Origin: an uncultured Anaerolineae bacterium | GTDB taxonomy: Bacteria; Chloroflexota; Anaerolineae; Aggregatilineales; J027 | DNA: 44,436 nt | Assembly: GCA_964557285.1 (NCBI GenBank) | Contig: CAZKZS010000005.1 | Span: 1 to 44,436 of the forward strand | Reading direction: 5' to 3' | Translations under genes and position numbers: made by a program | The notes under the pieces: generated by a model | What the model was told of the DNA's origin: nothing | The model's database searches: none | The model's input: the letters and a program-made list of their open reading frames with translations, nothing else | Part shown: one piece after another, positions 41,463 through 44,436 of the stretch | Numbering within the stretch: the stretch's first letter is position 1 | Layout of the letters: each line of letters opens with the position of its first letter

Positions 41463-43241
41463 CTACTTCTTCACCAGGTAAGGCCCTATCGCCAGGGCAT
41501 CGATTCCACTTTTCGTAAACGTAAACCAGGCGTTGTCCGGTGTATTTACAATCGGCTCGCCGCGCAGATTAAACGACGTATTCAAAATGACAGGTGTCCC
41601 TGTTTTTTCGCCAAAACGCCGGATCACCTCATAGTAACGATAGTTATCGTCGGCGGTGACGCTCTGTAAACGGCCTGTGCCACCTGCATGAGTCGTCGCG
41701 GGAACTTCTTTTTGTTTATCTTCCTTCACAGGCGTGACCATCAGCATAAAACGCGGTGGATACAGGTCAGGGCTGTTGGGAAAATCAAAATATTCCGTCG
41801 CACGTTCGGCCAGCACCACAGGGGCAAAGGGGCGGAAGGGTTCACGGAATTTAATTTTGACGTTAACCACTTCTTTCATTTCTTCGCGGCGGGGGTCGGC
41901 CAGAATACTACGGTTGCCCAATGCACGCGGCCCCCATTCAAACCGTCCCTGGTAAAACCCGATAACATTGCCCTGGGTGAGCATATCCGCCACTTCGTCC
42001 AGCATGGCCTCATCATTTTTGTAAGTCGTATAAGATGCGCCTTTGCTGTCCAGAAAACGTTTGATTTCATCGGGTGAGTATTCTTTGCCCCAGTACGCCT
42101 GAGTCATAACAAATTGGCGTGGTTTTTTGAGCAAAATATGATATGCCCAGAGTGCCGCCCCTAAAGCCCCGCCATCATCTCCGGCGGCGGGCTGCACATA
42201 GATATTTTCAAACGGCGTTTCCATCAGCAGGCGATAATTGGCAACACTGTTCAGCGCCACACCGCCCGCCATGACCAGATTTTTCTTGCCGGTGCGGCGG
42301 TGCAGTTCATTTGCCATCTTGAGCAGAATTTCTTCTGTGACTGTCTGAATACTGGCGGCAATATCGGCGTAATACTGATTTTTTTCCAGCGCTTCACGGC
42401 TGGTCGCCCGTTCAGGATTGGTTTTGCTGGTAAAAAATTCGCTTTCCTCAAGACGCGGTTCGCCAAATAGGTCAAGGAATTTCTGGTTGACGGTGCTTTC
42501 CGGCGAAAAATGGAAGGCAAAGTAATCCATGTTCAGCTTAAAACTGCCGTCGCTGCCAACCTCCAGCAGCTTATACACCTTATCCACGTAGCGGGGTTCG
42601 CCATAGGGCGCCATACCCATGACTTTGTATTCCCCACTGTTGACCTTAAAGCCTAGAAAACCCGTAAAAGCTGAATACAGCAGACCGAGCGAATTAGGAT
42701 AACGCTGTTCGGCAAACAGATTGATACTGTTGACTTCGCCATTTTCAAAACTGCCGCAGGCATCCCCTAAAGTGGTTGTTGTCCATTCGCCTACACCATC
42801 AATCGTCATCACCGCCGCATCATCAAATGGGGAGCAGAAAAAGGCGCTGGCGGCATGGGACATATGATGATCGCAGAACAGGATTTTGTTGGCTTTGACG
42901 CCCACCCGATTCATGATATGGGTTTTAATCCAGAGTTTGTCCCCCATCCAGGCAATCATGGCTTCCTGCCAGACGGCGGCGCTGCGCGGGTACGCACCCA
43001 GCGTATTCATCAAAATACGCCCAAATTTGACCAGTGGCTTTTCGTAAAAAACCACATAATCCAGATCATCTTTGGTGATACCTGCCGTCTGTAAGCAGAA
43101 TTCAATCGCGTTTTTGGGGAAGCTGTTATCGTGTTTTTTGCGGGTAAAACGTTCTTCCTGGGCAGCAGCAACCAGTTCGCCCTCTCGCAGCAGGGCGGCC
43201 GCCGCGTCATGGTAATAACAGGAAATACCGAGAATATACAT
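41463..43241 (-). CDS. Carbamoyltransferase, NodU/CmcH (TobZ-like) family
   Basis: 592-aa ORF with MYILGISCYYHDAAAALL, CDHHMSHAASAF, LVMAGGVALN, and the C-terminal domain motif VILNTSFNLRGEPIV. Confidence 0.9.
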   Translation of the reverse strand: MYILGISCYYHDAAAALLREGELVAAAQEERFTRKKHDNSFPKNAIEFCLQTAGITKDDLDYVVFYEKPLVKFGRILMNTLGAYPRSAAVWQEAMIAWMGDKLWIKTHIMNRVGVKANKILFCDHHMSHAASAFFCSPFDDAAVMTIDGVGEWTTTTLGDACGSFENGEVNSINLFAEQRYPNSLGLLYSAFTGFLGFKVNSGEYKVMGMAPYGEPRYVDKVYKLLEVGSDGSFKLNMDYFAFHFSPESTVNQKFLDLFGEPRLEESEFFTSKTNPERATSREALEKNQYYADIAASIQTVTEEILLKMANELHRRTGKKNLVMAGGVALNSVANYRLLMETPFENIYVQPAAGDDGGALGAALWAYHILLKKPRQFVMTQAYWGKEYSPDEIKRFLDSKGASYTTYKNDEAMLDEVADMLTQGNVIGFYQGRFEWGPRALGNRSILADPRREEMKEVVNVKIKFREPFRPFAPVVLAERATEYFDFPNSPDLYPPRFMLMVTPVKEDKQKEVPATTHAGGTGRLQSVTADDNYRYYEVIRRFGEKTGTPVILNTSFNLRGEPIVNTPDNAWFTFTKSGIDALAIGPYLVKK

Positions 43242-43245
43242 GAAA

Positions 43246-43464
43246 TTAGCCCTGCCTCTGTGCTTCTTCTAAAGTCGTGCCAACGGGCGGGCGTTCTACC
43301 CAGTGGACAGGCTGCTTTAGCGCCAGGGTATCTCCAAAAAGACGCGCCCCAAGGCCAAAGGGAATCATAATCGTGACGTAGAAGAGAAAGGCGATCGCGT
43401 GCCCTTGAAAATCTCCCAGGATTTCGCCAAAAAGTTTCCAGCGTTGGTATGCAAGTCGAAACAA
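43246..43464 (-). CDS. Small membrane protein (72 aa), first gene of the carbamoyltransferase operon
   Basis: TTG start at 43464, 8 nt after GGAGA. One hydrophobic helix (AIAFLFYVTIMIPFGLGARLF). The stop lies 4 nt before the carbamoyltransferase ATG. Confidence 0.55.
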   Translation of the reverse strand: MFRLAYQRWKLFGEILGDFQGHAIAFLFYVTIMIPFGLGARLFGDTLALKQPVHWVERPPVGTTLEEAQRQG

Positions 43465-43498
43465 ATTTCAGGTCTCCGACCAGTAGACAATCGCAGAA

Positions 43499-43526
43499 AT
43501 TATACTTTGCGCCTGCAAGGGGTCAA
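43499..43526 (-). promoter_or_regulatory. Near-consensus promoter of the carbamoyltransferase operon
   Basis: The minus strand has TTGACC (43526-43521), 16 nt, then TATAAT (43504-43499). Confidence 0.55.
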
Positions 43527-43566
43527 GGCAACGTCAGATTCTTGTAGAATGTTAACAGGCTAAGGC

Positions 43567-43595
43567 TTCAAATTTGATTCTTTGGGTGGTATAAT
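43567..43595 (+). promoter_or_regulatory. Promoter of ssrA (extended -10)
   Basis: TTCAAA (43567-43572), 17 nt, then TGgTATAAT (hexamer 43590-43595). The mature tmRNA 5' end lies 14 nt downstream. Confidence 0.55.
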
Positions 43596-43608
43596 AGAAG
43601 CATAACCC

Positions 43609-43992
43609 GGGGGTGAATTAGATTCGACGGGGAAGCTGGACTGAGTGATGCAGCAGAGGTGTCTTTCCTCTATAAACCGGACAAGCACATTAAGTGCCAA
43701 CAATAACACCTATGCTTACGCTGCTGCTGCTTAAGCAGTAAGCACGTAGCAGGATACCTTGCGAGGTGTCCCGTCCCTGCGCTCACTTTTTCCGGTAGTA
43801 GCGCTGTGGGCGTCACCAAACCGGAATGCGTGGTGCTGACACCGATACTGCACCCTTAAGGTTCATCGGTTAGCCGCAGCACGTACCCACGTCTGACGGG
43901 GCTGCCTGTGGCGAAATCAAATAGTCGGACTAAGCTGTAGACGCATTCAGGGGGGCTTTTTCGGACGCGGTCCGCAACGGCCGCCACCTCCA
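43609..43992 (+). ncRNA. ssrA: tmRNA (one-piece), tag ORF GCC..TAA 43696-43734 encoding ANNNTYAYAAAA
   Basis: The 5' end GGGGGTGAATTAGATTCGACGGGG pairs with the 3' end CACCTCC-A, giving the G3-U alanine identity pair. The resume codon GCC is followed by a tag ending in YAAAA and TAA. CCA is not encoded. Confidence 0.9.
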
Positions 43993-44009
43993 TGGCAGAA
44001 TTGCAGAAA

Positions 44010-44038
44010 AGCGGGATAAAATTCTCGCTTTTTTGTTT
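44010..44038 (+). terminator. Intrinsic terminator of ssrA
   Basis: AGCGGGA (44010-44016) / TCTCGCT (44023-44029) with one G-T pair and loop TAAAAT, then TTTTTGTTT. Confidence 0.7.
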
Positions 44039-44092
44039 CCATTTTCCCTCAAAATTGTGTTATGCTAACTGTATACTTAAAGGAATTTTTCC

Positions 44093-44436
44093 GTGATTGT
44101 CCGTGAAAATGAATGGTACTGGTTTGCAGGATTGTACGAAGGTGAAGGCAGCGTCTCCAAACCTCCAGCATCAGAACCGAGAAGATTTCGCTTATCAATA
44201 GAAATGACGGACTTGGATGTTTTACAAAGAGCAGGTCGAATGCTTGGGCATAATTACATTAATTGCCGCAAGCACAATGATGGTATCCGTAAAGACTTGT
44301 ATAAACTTTTGCTAAGAGGAAAAACAGCTATTAGAACTATGATGACCATCTTTCCAGTCATGGGGGAAAGACGGCAGCAGCAAATCCAGAAAATGCTAGA
44401 TTTATCTGATTGGGAGGTAGAACCCTTTTTACAGCT
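44093..44436 (+). CDS. LAGLIDADG-family homing-endonuclease-like protein, free-standing (3' end beyond the window)
   Basis: Not in the ORF track because it is open at the right edge. GTG 44093 lies 7 nt after AAAGGAA. Hand translation: MIVRENEWYWFAGLYEGEGSVSKPPASEPRRFRLSIEMTDLDVLQRAGRMLGHNYINCRKHNDGIRKDLYKLLLRGKTAIRTMMTIFPVMGERRQQQIQKML... This has the LAGLIDADG-type motif FAGLYEGEGS and the usual downstream pattern (S-I-E-x-x-D-x-D-V-L ... G ... Y-K-L ... R). Confidence 0.7.
   Translation, partial: MIVRENEWYWFAGLYEGEGSVSKPPASEPRRFRLSIEMTDLDVLQRAGRMLGHNYINCRKHNDGIRKDLYKLLLRGKTAIRTMMTIFPVMGERRQQQIQKMLDLSDWEVEPFLQ

Noticed and set aside
43574-43579. TTGATT as the -35 element of the ssrA promoter.
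   Set aside because: It lies only 10 nt from the TATAAT box. TTCAAA at 43567-43572 with the TGn-extended -10 gives the correct 17-nt spacing.
43714-43731. GCT GCT GCT GCT tandem trinucleotide repeat.
   Set aside because: These are the Ala codons at the end of the tmRNA tag reading frame, not a microsatellite.
1-44436. Search for CRISPR arrays, IS elements, transposases, integrases, toxin-antitoxin pairs or known defence genes.
   Set aside because: I saw no spaced direct repeats and no transposase, integrase or nuclease-helicase defence-type ORFs. The only mobile-element-like gene is the LAGLIDADG ORF at the right edge.

Overview
This is a 44.4-kb chromosomal segment of a bacterium. It shows Terrabacteria-style core synteny (recG, two degV, a DAK2/FakA-like gene and asp23, divergent from rpmB), frequent GTG/TTG starts, and many 1-4 nt start/stop overlaps. 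The gene content suggests a Chloroflexota (Anaerolineae-like) genome, but that is inference only. I place about 40 protein genes, one tRNA(CAT), a tmRNA, a TPP riboswitch and several promoters and terminators. Housekeeping content: recG (partial), a fatty-acid-kinase-like module, rpmB, rpe, a thiamine ABC importer behind a TPP riboswitch, greA, nth, a PfkB kinase, metK and ppk1. The stand-out region is 6400-24844. An ABC-2 transporter is followed by ten consecutive integral-membrane genes. Nine are large GT-C-like proteins: two YfhO-like, two copies of an unnamed family, one GT87-like, one GT39-like and three others. The tenth is a single polyprenyl-phosphate phosphoglycosyl transferase. There are no cytoplasmic glycosyltransferases, Wzx/Wzy or sugar-nucleotide genes. 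I regard this as the best candidate for an undescribed system, namely an envelope glycopolymer assembled mainly outside the membrane by GT-C enzymes. Secondary items: three histidine kinases with no response regulator, chained to a PIG-L deacetylase; a carbamoyltransferase flanked by three tiny membrane proteins; terminator-containing leaders in front of greA and metK; a tail-anchored TPR protein with DPW/NPF/DPF repeats after ppk1; and an AT-rich segment with a free-standing LAGLIDADG gene just 3' of the tmRNA. I saw no CRISPR array, transposase, integrase or recognisable defence gene. All family assignments come from motifs read by eye and need profile or structure searches.
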